Positions 1 through 9,812 are shown, counted from the stretch's first letter. The stretch: DNA of 24,475 nt from a virus (IMGVR_UViG_3300016665_000251:1-24475), one strand, 5' to 3'. A program made the numbers and translations. Notes: a model not told the origin generated them from the sequence alone.

Positions 1-58
1 CATGCTTGAGGTGCATGTGCCGAAAGGCGTCAGGGTTCAAGTCCCTGCCTGAGCACCA
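1..58 (+). tRNA. tRNA-Leu(GAG), 5' end cut by window edge
   Basis: Anticodon arm CATGC-TT GAG GT-GCATG, long variable arm GCC-GAAA-GGC, T arm CAGGG-TTCAAGT-CCCTG, acceptor 3' strand CCTGAGC-A-CCA ending at 58. Confidence 0.95.
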
Positions 59-66
59 CTCTCGAA

Positions 67-98
67 CGACCCGGCCCCGCGCCGGGTCGCTCCTTTTT
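67..98 (+). terminator. Intrinsic terminator after tRNA
   Basis: Perfect 9-bp stem CGACCCGGC/GCCGGGTCG (67-75/81-89) followed by CTCCTTTTT. Confidence 0.75.
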
Positions 99-154
99 GC
101 GGTTCCGCGCGCATTCCGCTTTTCCTCCGGGGGCGGGCCGTGCAACCGTCCGCC

Positions 155-345
155 ATGCCCGGCAACCCGCTGAACGTCCTCATCCTCGGTTCCGGCGGCC
201 GCGAGCACGCCCTGCTCAAGGCCTGCCTCCGCAGCCCCCGCGTCGCCTCCGTCCGCGTCGCCCCCGGCAACGGCGGCATGGCGCTCGAGGCCGAGTGCCT
301 CGCGGTCGACCCCTGCGATCCCGCCGCCGTCGTCGCGCTCGCGCC
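155..345 (+). pseudogene. purD: N-terminal fragment (~63 aa) of phosphoribosylamine-glycine ligase, truncated and fused to phage sequence
   Basis: NVLILGSGGREHAL and APGNGG are hallmark GARS N-domain motifs; similarity stops at VVALA, before the expected VVVGPE motif; start ATG155 or GTG140. Confidence 0.9.
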
Positions 346-730
346 GCGCGGCTCTGGATTCGAGATGACATGCACCACATGCAAGCACGACCAGGCGAAA
401 CGACGCGAGTGGGGATGCGACGCGGCAACCCCCGAGCCGATCGCATGGATCGACCCTTGCCCTTTCTGCGGCGGCAAGGACGACGCCTGCACGCATTGCC
501 AGGGGACGAATCGGGTCGGCGTGCATCGCTGTCCCAATGCACTGGTCACGCAACGCGAGCTGCACGCGATCACGGCGTCGGCGCTCGTCGAGAACGGCGT
601 GCTCCCAGATCCCGGTGGATGGCAGGACCAGGCCGCGACATTCACGCAGGCCTGGCCGCTCATCATGCAGGAAATCGAGCACTGGCGCGGCGTGCATCGC
701 CGCATGGCGCAGCAGCAGGCCAAGAAATGA
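346..730 (+). CDS. C-terminal part of a Cys-rich phage tail assembly chaperone-like ORF (gpT position), read in frame from the purD fragment
   Basis: Directly upstream of the tape measure gene; GVLPDPGGWQDQ resembles the LPxxGGxxDQ motif of pre-TMP ORFs; CxxC motifs CTTC, CPFC, CTHC. Confidence 0.6.
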
Positions 731-742
731 CGAGGCGAGCAC

Positions 743-2965
743 ATGGCACGATCTGAAAAGCGCACCCTCTCGATCGAGGCTCGGCTCAAAAACTACATCA
801 AGGGCGACCTCAACGCGCTCGAGCGCGGCATCGGGCGCTTCGCGCTGGTGTCCGTTCGCTCCTTCCAGAACCTGAAGGGCGCGCTATTCAACGTCAAGAG
901 CGCCGTCGCCGGCGTCGGTCTCGCGTTCGGGGCGATCCAGTTCGCGCAGTTCGCGCGCGACACCGCGGAGCAGGCCGACGATCTGCGCGATCTCGCGACC
1001 GCAACGGGCGACCTCGTCGAGAACCTGTCCGAGCTGCAGGCAGCCTTCAAGCTGTCGGGCATCAACGGCGACGCATTCGAGGGCACCGTGCTCGCGCTCG
1101 CGAAAGCGCAGCGCCAGGCGCTCGACGGCAACCGCCAGGTCGCCGCCGGCTTCGAGGACCTCGGCATCACGCTCGACGAGCTCCGCAACCTGGCGCCTTC
1201 GGCCTTGTTTGAGCAGATGTCGGCCGGCCTCGAGCAATACAACAGCGAGCAGGATAAGGCCGTCGCGCTCGGTAAGATCGTCCCGAAGCAGTTCCTCGAG
1301 CTGCTCCCGGCGATCGGGCAGGGCGTCGCAGAGTTCCAGGCGAACATCGCCAACGTCCGCGAGGTCGGCGCAACGCTGACCGAGGAGCAAGCTGCATCGG
1401 CGGCAGCGGTCACGGAATCGCTAGACAAGCTGGGGATCGCAACGGACGCCGTCGGACGCTCGCTGCTGCAGGCCTTCGGGCCGGAGGTCGCCGGCTATCT
1501 CGAAGGGCTCGCTCGACTGATCGCGCAAAACCGCGACGCGATCGCCGACTTCGCGAAGCAGATCGGCACGGTCGTCGTGCGAGCTGTGTCGCTGGCGATC
1601 GACGGCGTCATCGCGCTCATCGCTGCGATCGACTCCGTGCCGGGCGTTAGCCTGGTCGACGAAGAGGAGGAAAAGAAACTCAACGACCTGCTGCGTCAAC
1701 GAGAGGCAGCACTTCTGCGCAACAATGAAGCCTACCGCAAACTGAGAGAACAAGAGCAAACTGGCTTTGCTGCTGGCACTGATGCACTGCGGAAACAGCT
1801 CGAGGTTACGAATCAAGAGTTCCTAGCTATCCAGGCGCAGGTCCGCGAGCAGGAGAAGAACGTCAACGTCGCCGACCGCCTGCGCAACCTGAAGCAGGAG
1901 ATCGCCGACCAATCGGCCGCAGCCGCTGACGCTATCCGCCGCGAGGCCGAGGCAACTAAGCAGGTCGTGCAGCAGCAGGCCGCGGCGCCGGCGAGCAACC
2001 CGCAGCAAAACGGCGTCCCGGCGCTCGGTCTGCCGTCGTTGTCAAAGCTCGCCGACTACGCGCGCCAGGTCGGCACGCAGCTCGGCTCGGTCTTCCGCTC
2101 GACTCGAGGCCAGCAAGCGCCGACCGTATCGCGCGACGATGCGCTAGCGACGCAGAAGGACACGCTCGCCGTGCAGCAGCAGATCGCCGCGATCCGGCAA
2201 AACGAGCAGGCGATCCGCGACCTCGCCGTCGAGGCCGACAAGCTGCAGCTCGAGGAGATCTTCAACGAGGGCAAGATCTCGGCCGAGGAATATGGGGACG
2301 TCTTGAAGCTGCTCAACGACCGCCAGGCGAAGCTGAAGCAGCTCGTGAGCGGCGGCGATTTTTGGAAGGGATTCAACGATGGAGCAAGGGACGCGATTCG
2401 CGAGCTGACTGATCTGACCGAGATCGGACGCGAAGGCGGTCGAGCTCTGGTCGACGCCTTCGGTAGCGGACTCACGGACGCGCTCACCGACATCGCTATG
2501 GGCACTAAGACTGCTAGCCAGGCCTTCCGCGATATGGCGCGCGTCATCATCGGAGAGATCGCGCGCATCGCTGCAAAAATGCTAACGGCCAAGATCGTCG
2601 GCTCGTTGTTCGGCGCACCAGCTCTGGCCGAAGGCGGTGTCATGCCCGGACAAGTTACCGGCACGGCACCGGTCCGCGCTTTCGCGCGCGGCGGCATCGC
2701 ACGTCGGCCGACAATGGCACTGTTTGGCGAAGGCAACAACGCCGAGGCCTTCGTTCCGTTGCCAGATAACCGCAGCATCCCGGTCAGCTTTGTCGGCGGC
2801 GGCGCGCAGACCGGCACGCAGATCGCGATCAACATCACGGCGATGGATTCGCGCGACGTGCATCGAGCTCTACTCGAGCAGCAGGGCACCCTGCGGCAGA
2901 TCTTCACCAACCAGCTCGAGACCAAGAACGGACTGCGCGGCGCCGTGCGCAGGGCGGCCGGCTGA
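743..2965 (+). CDS. Tail tape measure protein (740 aa)
   Basis: Ala/Gln-rich helical protein; C-terminal lambda-type motifs FARGGI, ALFGEGNNAEAFVPL, INITAMDSRDV; GAGG RBS; heads the tail-tip genes. Confidence 0.92.
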   Translation: MARSEKRTLSIEARLKNYIKGDLNALERGIGRFALVSVRSFQNLKGALFNVKSAVAGVGLAFGAIQFAQFARDTAEQADDLRDLATATGDLVENLSELQAAFKLSGINGDAFEGTVLALAKAQRQALDGNRQVAAGFEDLGITLDELRNLAPSALFEQMSAGLEQYNSEQDKAVALGKIVPKQFLELLPAIGQGVAEFQANIANVREVGATLTEEQAASAAAVTESLDKLGIATDAVGRSLLQAFGPEVAGYLEGLARLIAQNRDAIADFAKQIGTVVVRAVSLAIDGVIALIAAIDSVPGVSLVDEEEEKKLNDLLRQREAALLRNNEAYRKLREQEQTGFAAGTDALRKQLEVTNQEFLAIQAQVREQEKNVNVADRLRNLKQEIADQSAAAADAIRREAEATKQVVQQQAAAPASNPQQNGVPALGLPSLSKLADYARQVGTQLGSVFRSTRGQQAPTVSRDDALATQKDTLAVQQQIAAIRQNEQAIRDLAVEADKLQLEEIFNEGKISAEEYGDVLKLLNDRQAKLKQLVSGGDFWKGFNDGARDAIRELTDLTEIGREGGRALVDAFGSGLTDALTDIAMGTKTASQAFRDMARVIIGEIARIAAKMLTAKIVGSLFGAPALAEGGVMPGQVTGTAPVRAFARGGIARRPTMALFGEGNNAEAFVPLPDNRSIPVSFVGGGAQTGTQIAINITAMDSRDVHRALLEQQGTLRQIFTNQLETKNGLRGAVRRAAG

Positions 2966-4761
2966 TGGGCACGCGCTGGGGTGACATCATCACGCAGCCG
3001 ATCTCGGCGACGATCACCGGCGTCGGCACTGCGGTCGGACCCGGTGGCACTACCGGTGGCGACGCATGGCAGCTCGTCACCAAGCTGTCGACCAGCGACA
3101 TGCCAGCAGGCGCAAGACGCTACGGCTTGATCGTCACGGGCACCGTTCACAACCAGGCCAACGCCGGCAGCGGAGGAACGCCGCAGCATGCTCTCGTGCA
3201 GGTCTGCCTCGGCCGAGCCGGAGGATTCAAGGCGAGCAACCACTGCCACCAGTTCCGCTTTGCAGACACGGCCGGCCCGCTAACCGGGCACCCGTTCTTC
3301 TTCATGGTCGCGCAGGATCCGAGCGGCTTGAACCCTGACCCCGACTTCGGCAACACGATCACGCCGACAACGAACGACGAGCTTTGCATCTGGGCTCGCG
3401 TCTACATGAACGGCGACATCCTGACGACGCAGCAGCTCTCGTTTAGCGTCACCGACGTCACATGGTTCTGGTGGGATCTGTCGTCCGTTCCTGCTGGCGA
3501 CCAGCTCGTCGAAACTTACTACCCGGCCGGCGGCTCGGCACTGCCGTCGACGTCGACGAACCTGTGGACGTCAACCAACCAACCAGGCGCAGCCGGCGAG
3601 GATTGGCTGCACTTCCACCAGATCGTCTATCGGCCGATCCGCACGCTGTTGTCGCAACAGCCGGCGCCGTCGTTCCAGTTCGGCACCGTCGCGCTAGCTA
3701 TTCCGTCGACGTTCACGCCTCGGATCGGCACGAACGAGCGGTTTGGATTGAGCCGCAACAGCACGGTAATGAGCGGATTCCCGCTGCAGGTTACAACGCA
3801 TCAAGGCGCTTGGTGGTATGGCACCAACCCGGGCACGTCGTTCCGCATCGCAGCCTACGGTCGAGACCGCGTCAACGCCGGCGTCGACGCGACGCGATGG
3901 TCAGCTGTGCGCTACCTGGGCATCCGGCTCGAATCGCTTTACGACGTGCTCGGACGAACGGAGACGCAGGTCGCAGCTCTAACAGGCAATCGCTACGGAG
4001 GACCGACCGAGGGCACGGAATACGTCGGGCTCGAGCGACCTGCGACGGGCCTGGTTTCGGCTCCGGCCGTCATGGCGACGGGCATCGTGCAGACGACCGG
4101 CTCGCACGATTACAACTGCGAGATCTATACGAACATCGGCACGGCGTTGTCGACGAGCATCGTGCATGCACATTCGCGCAACAACCAGAGCGAAGGGATC
4201 TGCGCTATGGCTTTTGCGCGCTACGGATTGGCGGCGAGCTCTGGCGCTGTGCAATACCGCGCGCGCTTTACGGGAGGACTGCTGGCGAGCAACTCTCGGC
4301 GAGACGTGCGCGATATCTACGTCCTGCAGCTCAACCTAGTGCAGAATCCGCAGCCCGATCCGACTTTGCCGGCGACGCCGACCTACCTGACTCTCTCGCC
4401 AGGTCGAGAAAGCGCCAACCCGGCGAGCCTCAACCCGCTACCGACGGCGCCCGATGCAGAGTTTGGAGAGGACGCGACGGTTTCGACGGAGCGCATTTCG
4501 GGCGCAACCGGTTACGAGCGAACCTGGCCGCTGTTTGGACGCGTCCGCCGGCAGTTCTCGCTGCAATGGTCCAACCTGAGCGGTGCAACCGGGCAAACGC
4601 TGCTCGACTTTTTGCGCGACAACCCTGCTTTCCGGTGGCGTCCGCATCGAGGCTCCTCAGATATCGCGGTCGTGCAGCTCGACGAGCCGACGCTCGAGCA
4701 GGTCTCCGGCCACGTTTACACGGTCTCCGCTCGCGTTGCCGAGCTCATCTGGACGCTCTAA
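2965..4761 (+). CDS. Minor tail protein: long beta-rich N-terminus plus C-terminal distal-tail (Dit/gpM-like) domain
   Basis: TGATG overlap with TMP; C-terminal ~100 aa GYERTW..RRQFSLQWSNLS..LLDFL..FRWRP..YTVSARVAEL resembles gpM-like Dit. Confidence 0.7.
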   Translation: MGTRWGDIITQPISATITGVGTAVGPGGTTGGDAWQLVTKLSTSDMPAGARRYGLIVTGTVHNQANAGSGGTPQHALVQVCLGRAGGFKASNHCHQFRFADTAGPLTGHPFFFMVAQDPSGLNPDPDFGNTITPTTNDELCIWARVYMNGDILTTQQLSFSVTDVTWFWWDLSSVPAGDQLVETYYPAGGSALPSTSTNLWTSTNQPGAAGEDWLHFHQIVYRPIRTLLSQQPAPSFQFGTVALAIPSTFTPRIGTNERFGLSRNSTVMSGFPLQVTTHQGAWWYGTNPGTSFRIAAYGRDRVNAGVDATRWSAVRYLGIRLESLYDVLGRTETQVAALTGNRYGGPTEGTEYVGLERPATGLVSAPAVMATGIVQTTGSHDYNCEIYTNIGTALSTSIVHAHSRNNQSEGICAMAFARYGLAASSGAVQYRARFTGGLLASNSRRDVRDIYVLQLNLVQNPQPDPTLPATPTYLTLSPGRESANPASLNPLPTAPDAEFGEDATVSTERISGATGYERTWPLFGRVRRQFSLQWSNLSGATGQTLLDFLRDNPAFRWRPHRGSSDIAVVQLDEPTLEQVSGHVYTVSARVAELIWTL

Positions 4762-5462
4762 TGCCGATCACGCTGCCGTCGTCTTTCGTCCAGCAGATCG
4801 AAAAACCGCACGGCACATCGCCGCTGATCTGGCTCGTCGAGCTCGAGCTCGCCAGGCCGGCCGGCAGCGGCGCCGTCTCGACTCCTGGTCTCATCGTCCG
4901 GCTGTGCAACCATCCGCAGCAGATCACCTGGCCGGCCGGCGCTCCGTCGGTCACGACCTGGGACCCCTATGCCTTCACGTTTTCGCCGATCGAACAGACG
5001 AGCGAAGGCGACCTGCCGCAACTGGAGCTCTCCGTCGACAACACGACGAAGACGCTGATGCGTTATCTGCACGCCGGCAACGGTCTGGAAGGCAACTACT
5101 GCACGATCTACCTCGTCCCGACGTCCGGTCTCTCGATTGCGTATCCAGCGCACGAGTTCCAACGCTGGGACATGCAGATATCGGGCGCCTATGCGAGCGA
5201 AGAGGCCGTGACCTTCCGGCTCGAGAAGGCCAACTTCTTCACCCGCAACAGCCCGCAGGATCGCTACGTCGCCGGCCGTTGTCGCTGGGCATTTGGCAGC
5301 ACGGAATGCGGCTACGTCGTCAACGCCGTCGCCGCCTATACGACATGCCCCAAAACGCTCGGCGCCTGCATCGCTCGAGGCCAAGACCACGCAGCTCGAG
5401 GACTTCCCGTCCTGCATCCGGCTCGCTTCGGCGGCTTCCCGGGCATCCCGCGGCAACGATGA
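4761..5462 (+). CDS. Minor tail protein L-like (tail tip/hub, 4-Cys Fe-S type C-terminus)
   Basis: TAATG overlap; start MPITLP; CRWAF-GSTEC...CPKTLGAC...RFGGFPGI matches the lambda gpL C-terminal pattern. Confidence 0.88.
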   Translation: MPITLPSSFVQQIEKPHGTSPLIWLVELELARPAGSGAVSTPGLIVRLCNHPQQITWPAGAPSVTTWDPYAFTFSPIEQTSEGDLPQLELSVDNTTKTLMRYLHAGNGLEGNYCTIYLVPTSGLSIAYPAHEFQRWDMQISGAYASEEAVTFRLEKANFFTRNSPQDRYVAGRCRWAFGSTECGYVVNAVAAYTTCPKTLGACIARGQDHAARGLPVLHPARFGGFPGIPRQR

Positions 5463-5878
5463 CGGCCGAGGACTGGCAGGACATCCTGCAGAGCCGATAC
5501 CGTCTAGGAGGTCGCACCGCCGGCGTCGAGCTCGACTGCCTCGGGACCGTTCTGGAATGCTGCCGGCGACTCAATCTTTGCTTGCCGGACCCGTGGGCCG
5601 ACATTCGCCGGCAATGGCTGGCCGGTCATGTCGAAGCCGCATGCGGTTTCCCGTCGTGCTGGTTCCGCAGAGCGGACCCGATCGACTTGCGCGAGGGCGA
5701 CGTCTTGCTGTTCTATGGCTCGCACCCATGGGTCGCGATCGTCGCACATGCGCACGTCTGGAGCGCCGACATCGAGCTCGGCAGCGCCTACGCGCGGCCG
5801 CTGTTCCGATGGACCAAACGACCCGCCGAGGTCTGGTCGCATGATCCGGCTGCATGTCCGGCAAGGCCTGCTCGGTAG
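5459..5878 (+). CDS. NlpC/P60-like tail assembly protein (gpK position)
   Basis: ATGA overlap; YRLGGR..LDCLG and GDVLLF motifs; between gpL and gpI/J. Confidence 0.8.
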   Translation: MTAEDWQDILQSRYRLGGRTAGVELDCLGTVLECCRRLNLCLPDPWADIRRQWLAGHVEAACGFPSCWFRRADPIDLREGDVLLFYGSHPWVAIVAHAHVWSADIELGSAYARPLFRWTKRPAEVWSHDPAACPARPAR

Positions 5879-8800
5879 CGACGGCGTCGAGACTTTCCCG
5901 ATCGAACATCGCGCCGGCATCACGCCGCGGCAGCTTGCGTTCGCGGTCGAACAGCACCTGCCGAAGAGTGTCGCGATCGAGGTCGCGCTAAACGGCGAAC
6001 GGCTGGACGACTCAGCTCTCGACGAACCGCTGCCGGATGACTGCGATCTGATGCTTCTGCCCGTCACTAGCACGGGCGCCGAGCTCGTCGCCATGGTGGC
6101 GCAGGCCATCGTCACGGCCGCCGTCCTGTTCGCGGTCAACTACGTCGTCTCCATCCTTTCGCCTCGCCAACGGCCGGAAGGCGAAGGGCAGGATCGAGGC
6201 GACGAGAGCTCGCCTACGTACGCCTGGGACGGCATCCAAACTAACTACGGGCAGGGCTTCCCGGTTCCGTGGGTCTACGGCCGGCACGCCGTCGGCGGGC
6301 AGGTCATCTACACCGACGTCTCAGCGCAAAGCAACCTGGTCGGCGTCGACGATCGTCTGCGAATCATCCTGGCGCTCTGCGAGGGGCCGATCGCACGCAT
6401 CGGCAACACGACCGCGAACGTCGTAGACGACCTCGGGGCGATCGTGCCGGTCGGCGGCGTCCCTCCGTCGACCTATCAACCGTTGCCCAGCGAGATTCGC
6501 ATCAACGGCAACCTGCTGTCGAACACTAGCCAACAGCAGCAGGTCTGGGCGATATCGACAACGGTCTGGTCGCGCTGGGGCGGCAACAGCTTTTTGCAGC
6601 TCCCAAGAATCGGCGACGCAGTGTCTTTCTGGGATCGCTTCCCCGGCTTTTCAGCGACGCAGCACGTTCTGCGCGGACGTGGCTACGTCTACAACCTGCG
6701 CAACGGCGATCCTCGAGAGCTCGACATCGTCGTAACGCAGGGCATCGGCGGCGGCGTCAACGATTACATCGCGCTGGGCACCAACGACCCAGACTTCGAC
6801 TCGGGTCCGCCTGCCGGCTGGGACATCAACACCGACGGACACGCGCAGATCGCCATCGCATCGTCGGCGCTACGGCTGACGGAGGTGCCAGGCGCTCGAG
6901 TATGGATTCGACCAGGCAACCTCGACCAGCCGGCTTTGCCAGGCTCCGTTTTCCCCGGCTCGGTGACGACCTACTCGCCTGGACAACAGCTCAACGAGCA
7001 AGACGACCAGCTCGTCTATACATACAACGCGACCGACTTGGTCAGCCTTGTCACCTTTGTCGTCGTCTTTCCAGGCGGTCTGTTCGCGCAATCGCCGCAG
7101 GGCGACCTGCTGCCGTATACGGTCAACTTCGCCTACGAATGGCGACGCGTCGGCACGACGACGTGGAACAACCCCGGCGCCGTTCCGATCCAGGCCATCA
7201 CGGCGTCGACTCCGCAGCAATACGCGGCGACCTGGTCGATGCCGATCGGAACGCCGGCCGCGCCAGTAGCTGGACCGCTCGAGATCCGTCTCAAGCGCCT
7301 GACTCCATCCGGTGGCACGCTGACGGTCAGCTCTGCCATCTGGCGCAACCTGACGATCGCAACGCCGCAGACGCTGACATATCCGCGCGTCGCGCTGCTG
7401 GGCCTCGAGCTGTCGGCCGGCGCGCGCTTTTCTGGAGGTCTGCCGGAATGCAACGTGCGAATCGACGGCGCAAAGGTCCGCGTCTGGGATGCGACGCATG
7501 GCTGGTCCGCACCGACTTGGGACGTGCCGTCGGCGCCGCATAACTGGATGACCTACGCGCCAGGTCGTAACCCGGCGTGGATCCTGCTCGACTTCCTGCT
7601 GGCGCCGTGGGGTCTCGGCCGCTGGCTTGCCGAGTCCGATGTCGATCTGCCGGCGTTCCGCCGCTGGTCGATCTTTTGCGACAAGGATCCATCGCCGGCG
7701 ACCCCGTGGGGCGAGCCTGCATTCACATGCGACCTCGTGGGCGATGCTCCGCGGCCGGCTTGGGAATACGTCCTGGCAATCTGCGCAGCCGGCCGAGCGA
7801 CCCCGGTCTATCGCAACGGAAAGATCTCGGTCGTCTACCAATACCGAGACGCGCACGCTGACTCTCTGGTGTCGGTGCCGGCTAAAACCGCCGTGCAACT
7901 CCTGACTAGCGGCAACTGCGAAAACGTGCAGGTCACCTGGCTGCCAAAGGCCAACAGACCGACCGCGTATCTGTTCCAGTATCTCAACGAGACGCAGCTC
8001 TACGCGCAGGACGTTTTCCCCGTCGAGGATGGCGAAGGAACGCTCAACGATCCCGCGAACCTGCAGGGCGAAGAGTATCGGCCGGAGACCGTGCAGGCCT
8101 GGGGAGTAACCAGGCCGTCGCAGATCTACCGCGAGGGAGTTTTCCGGCATCGCGCGACGCGCCTGATTCGCCGCGAGCTCGTCTTCACAACCGGACCGTG
8201 GGCGCTGGCTGCCGAGGTCGGCGACGTCATCAAGTTCGAGCACGAGCTGCTGCGACCGTTCGGAGCCGACGTGCCGACCGCGATGTCCGTCGTCAAGGAT
8301 GGAACGGCGACGAACCAGATCGAGGTCGACCACATCGTCGTCGGCGCGACGCAGGTCGTCGTGCGAGACGTCAACGGCATCGCGCAGACGAGAACCATCA
8401 CGGCGATCGTCACCAGCGGCGGCATCTCGAGGCTGACGGTTTCGGGCGCATCGGTAACGATCAAGAAAGGCGCCGTCGCGGTCGTGGGTCTGGTCGACAA
8501 ACTGGTCGAGGAATACGAGGTCGTCGGGATCACGCTACAGAAGGACCTAAAGCGCGAGGTCCGTTGCCTGCAGTGGGTTTCTGCACTGCACGACCCCGTG
8601 CCGCCAAGCGCCTACGACGGCGCCGGCGTCGATGCAACGGAAAGCACGCCTGCAGGCTATCTGCGGCAACCGGCGCAGGACGGCGAGCCGGAGGTCGAAT
8701 CCGTCCGCATCTTGCCGCAACGCGATGCGAGCTTGTCCGTGACCTGGTCGAAACCGATCGCGCGCCGGCAGGCGAACGTCCGCGTCTATGTCCGCGACGC

Positions 8801-9812
8801 AACCATCGGCGAATGGCGCAGCTTGGGCGAGCATGCGGACGACAACGTCGTCGTCCAAGGCCTCGCAGCAGGTCGCTCCTACATCTTCGCGGCATGCCTT
8901 GAGCGCGTCGACGGCACCTACCAACTGCCCGAGCAGGCGACGCAAACGACCTACACCGTGCCAGAGTTCGGCGCGTTCGCCTTGCCAACGGTCAGCAACC
9001 TCACCGCAACCGATGCCGGCGACTGTGTCGTTGTGCGATGGGACGCTCTCGGCATGCGCGACGTGATCGGCTACGAGATTCGCGTCGGGCAAGATTGGGC
9101 CGCCGGCGATGTCGTCTATCGCGGCGAGGCTAACGAGGCCGAGCTGCGGCCGGCTCCATATGGTGGCACCCTGCTCGTCGCTGCCAGGTCCGTTTCCGGG
9201 CTCTATGGCGCCATCGCTTCCGCAACTGCGCCGACCTGGCGACCATACCCGACGGCGCAGCAGGTCGCGCTCGACGACCTGGCAGCGACGCCGGCCGGAA
9301 CGCATAGCGGAACGGTTTACACCGGAGGACGCATCGAGCTGACGGCCGGCACGCTGGCCGGCATCTACACCGGACCCGAGCTCAATCTGACCTACCAGGC
9401 AAACGGCTACTGGCAGGTCTCGAGCGAGGCGAGAGAAATCGAGCTGGACACCGTGGACGACCTGTCGTTCGCGATCGACAGCGGCGAAGCGCTATGGCGC
9501 ACCCTGAACGGCAGGCCGGCGAGCCCGTGCTCGCCAGGTATCGACTGGCAGACCACCGTCGACGACCTGGCGATGACTCTCGACGACCTGCCGTTCTCGT
9601 TTCTTGTGCATGGCAACGTCGGCGAGCCTGGCTCGCATACGCGAGCCGCGCTCGAGACGCGCTACTTCGCGAACGGATCTTGGTCGGCTTGGTCGACCCA
9701 TCGAGACACCTACCGCGTCGCAAGCAAACTGCAGGCGCGCGTCCGCATCTTCCGCGAGGATCTCGGCTACGCTCCGAGCATCACGCGTCTCCGCTACTCT
9801 GTGAGCTTGTAG
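5841..9812 (+). CDS. Tail tip/host-specificity protein J-like with fused N-terminal gpI-like (ubiquitin-fold) segment
   Basis: Start MIRLHV; VPWVYGRHAVGG, LCEGPI, YPRVALLGL, NPAWILLDFL..WGLG, EVGDVI motifs, FN3-like repeats near the C-terminus. Confidence 0.9.
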   Translation: MIRLHVRQGLLGSDGVETFPIEHRAGITPRQLAFAVEQHLPKSVAIEVALNGERLDDSALDEPLPDDCDLMLLPVTSTGAELVAMVAQAIVTAAVLFAVNYVVSILSPRQRPEGEGQDRGDESSPTYAWDGIQTNYGQGFPVPWVYGRHAVGGQVIYTDVSAQSNLVGVDDRLRIILALCEGPIARIGNTTANVVDDLGAIVPVGGVPPSTYQPLPSEIRINGNLLSNTSQQQQVWAISTTVWSRWGGNSFLQLPRIGDAVSFWDRFPGFSATQHVLRGRGYVYNLRNGDPRELDIVVTQGIGGGVNDYIALGTNDPDFDSGPPAGWDINTDGHAQIAIASSALRLTEVPGARVWIRPGNLDQPALPGSVFPGSVTTYSPGQQLNEQDDQLVYTYNATDLVSLVTFVVVFPGGLFAQSPQGDLLPYTVNFAYEWRRVGTTTWNNPGAVPIQAITASTPQQYAATWSMPIGTPAAPVAGPLEIRLKRLTPSGGTLTVSSAIWRNLTIATPQTLTYPRVALLGLELSAGARFSGGLPECNVRIDGAKVRVWDATHGWSAPTWDVPSAPHNWMTYAPGRNPAWILLDFLLAPWGLGRWLAESDVDLPAFRRWSIFCDKDPSPATPWGEPAFTCDLVGDAPRPAWEYVLAICAAGRATPVYRNGKISVVYQYRDAHADSLVSVPAKTAVQLLTSGNCENVQVTWLPKANRPTAYLFQYLNETQLYAQDVFPVEDGEGTLNDPANLQGEEYRPETVQAWGVTRPSQIYREGVFRHRATRLIRRELVFTTGPWALAAEVGDVIKFEHELLRPFGADVPTAMSVVKDGTATNQIEVDHIVVGATQVVVRDVNGIAQTRTITAIVTSGGISRLTVSGASVTIKKGAVAVVGLVDKLVEEYEVVGITLQKDLKREVRCLQWVSALHDPVPPSAYDGAGVDATESTPAGYLRQPAQDGEPEVESVRILPQRDASLSVTWSKPIARRQANVRVYVRDATIGEWRSLGEHADDNVVVQGLAAGRSYIFAACLERVDGTYQLPEQATQTTYTVPEFGAFALPTVSNLTATDAGDCVVVRWDALGMRDVIGYEIRVGQDWAAGDVVYRGEANEAELRPAPYGGTLLVAARSVSGLYGAIASATAPTWRPYPTAQQVALDDLAATPAGTHSGTVYTGGRIELTAGTLAGIYTGPELNLTYQANGYWQVSSEAREIELDTVDDLSFAIDSGEALWRTLNGRPASPCSPGIDWQTTVDDLAMTLDDLPFSFLVHGNVGEPGSHTRAALETRYFANGSWSAWSTHRDTYRVASKLQARVRIFREDLGYAPSITRLRYSVSL

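Noticed and set aside
1-98. tRNA-Leu as prophage attachment site
   Set aside because: It is followed by its own terminator and host purD; no integrase and no duplicated tRNA 3' end were seen
3462-4760. Long N-terminal extensions of track ORFs (3462..5462, 4583..5878, 5628..9812, 10188..11552, 17050..18351 and similar)
   Set aside because: Arg/Pro-rich off-frame readthrough over real genes; true starts overlap the upstream stop codons or follow RBS sites
6530-6885. Intein in the J-like protein
   Set aside because: No C-terminal HN/N-C/S/T splice motif or other intein blocks
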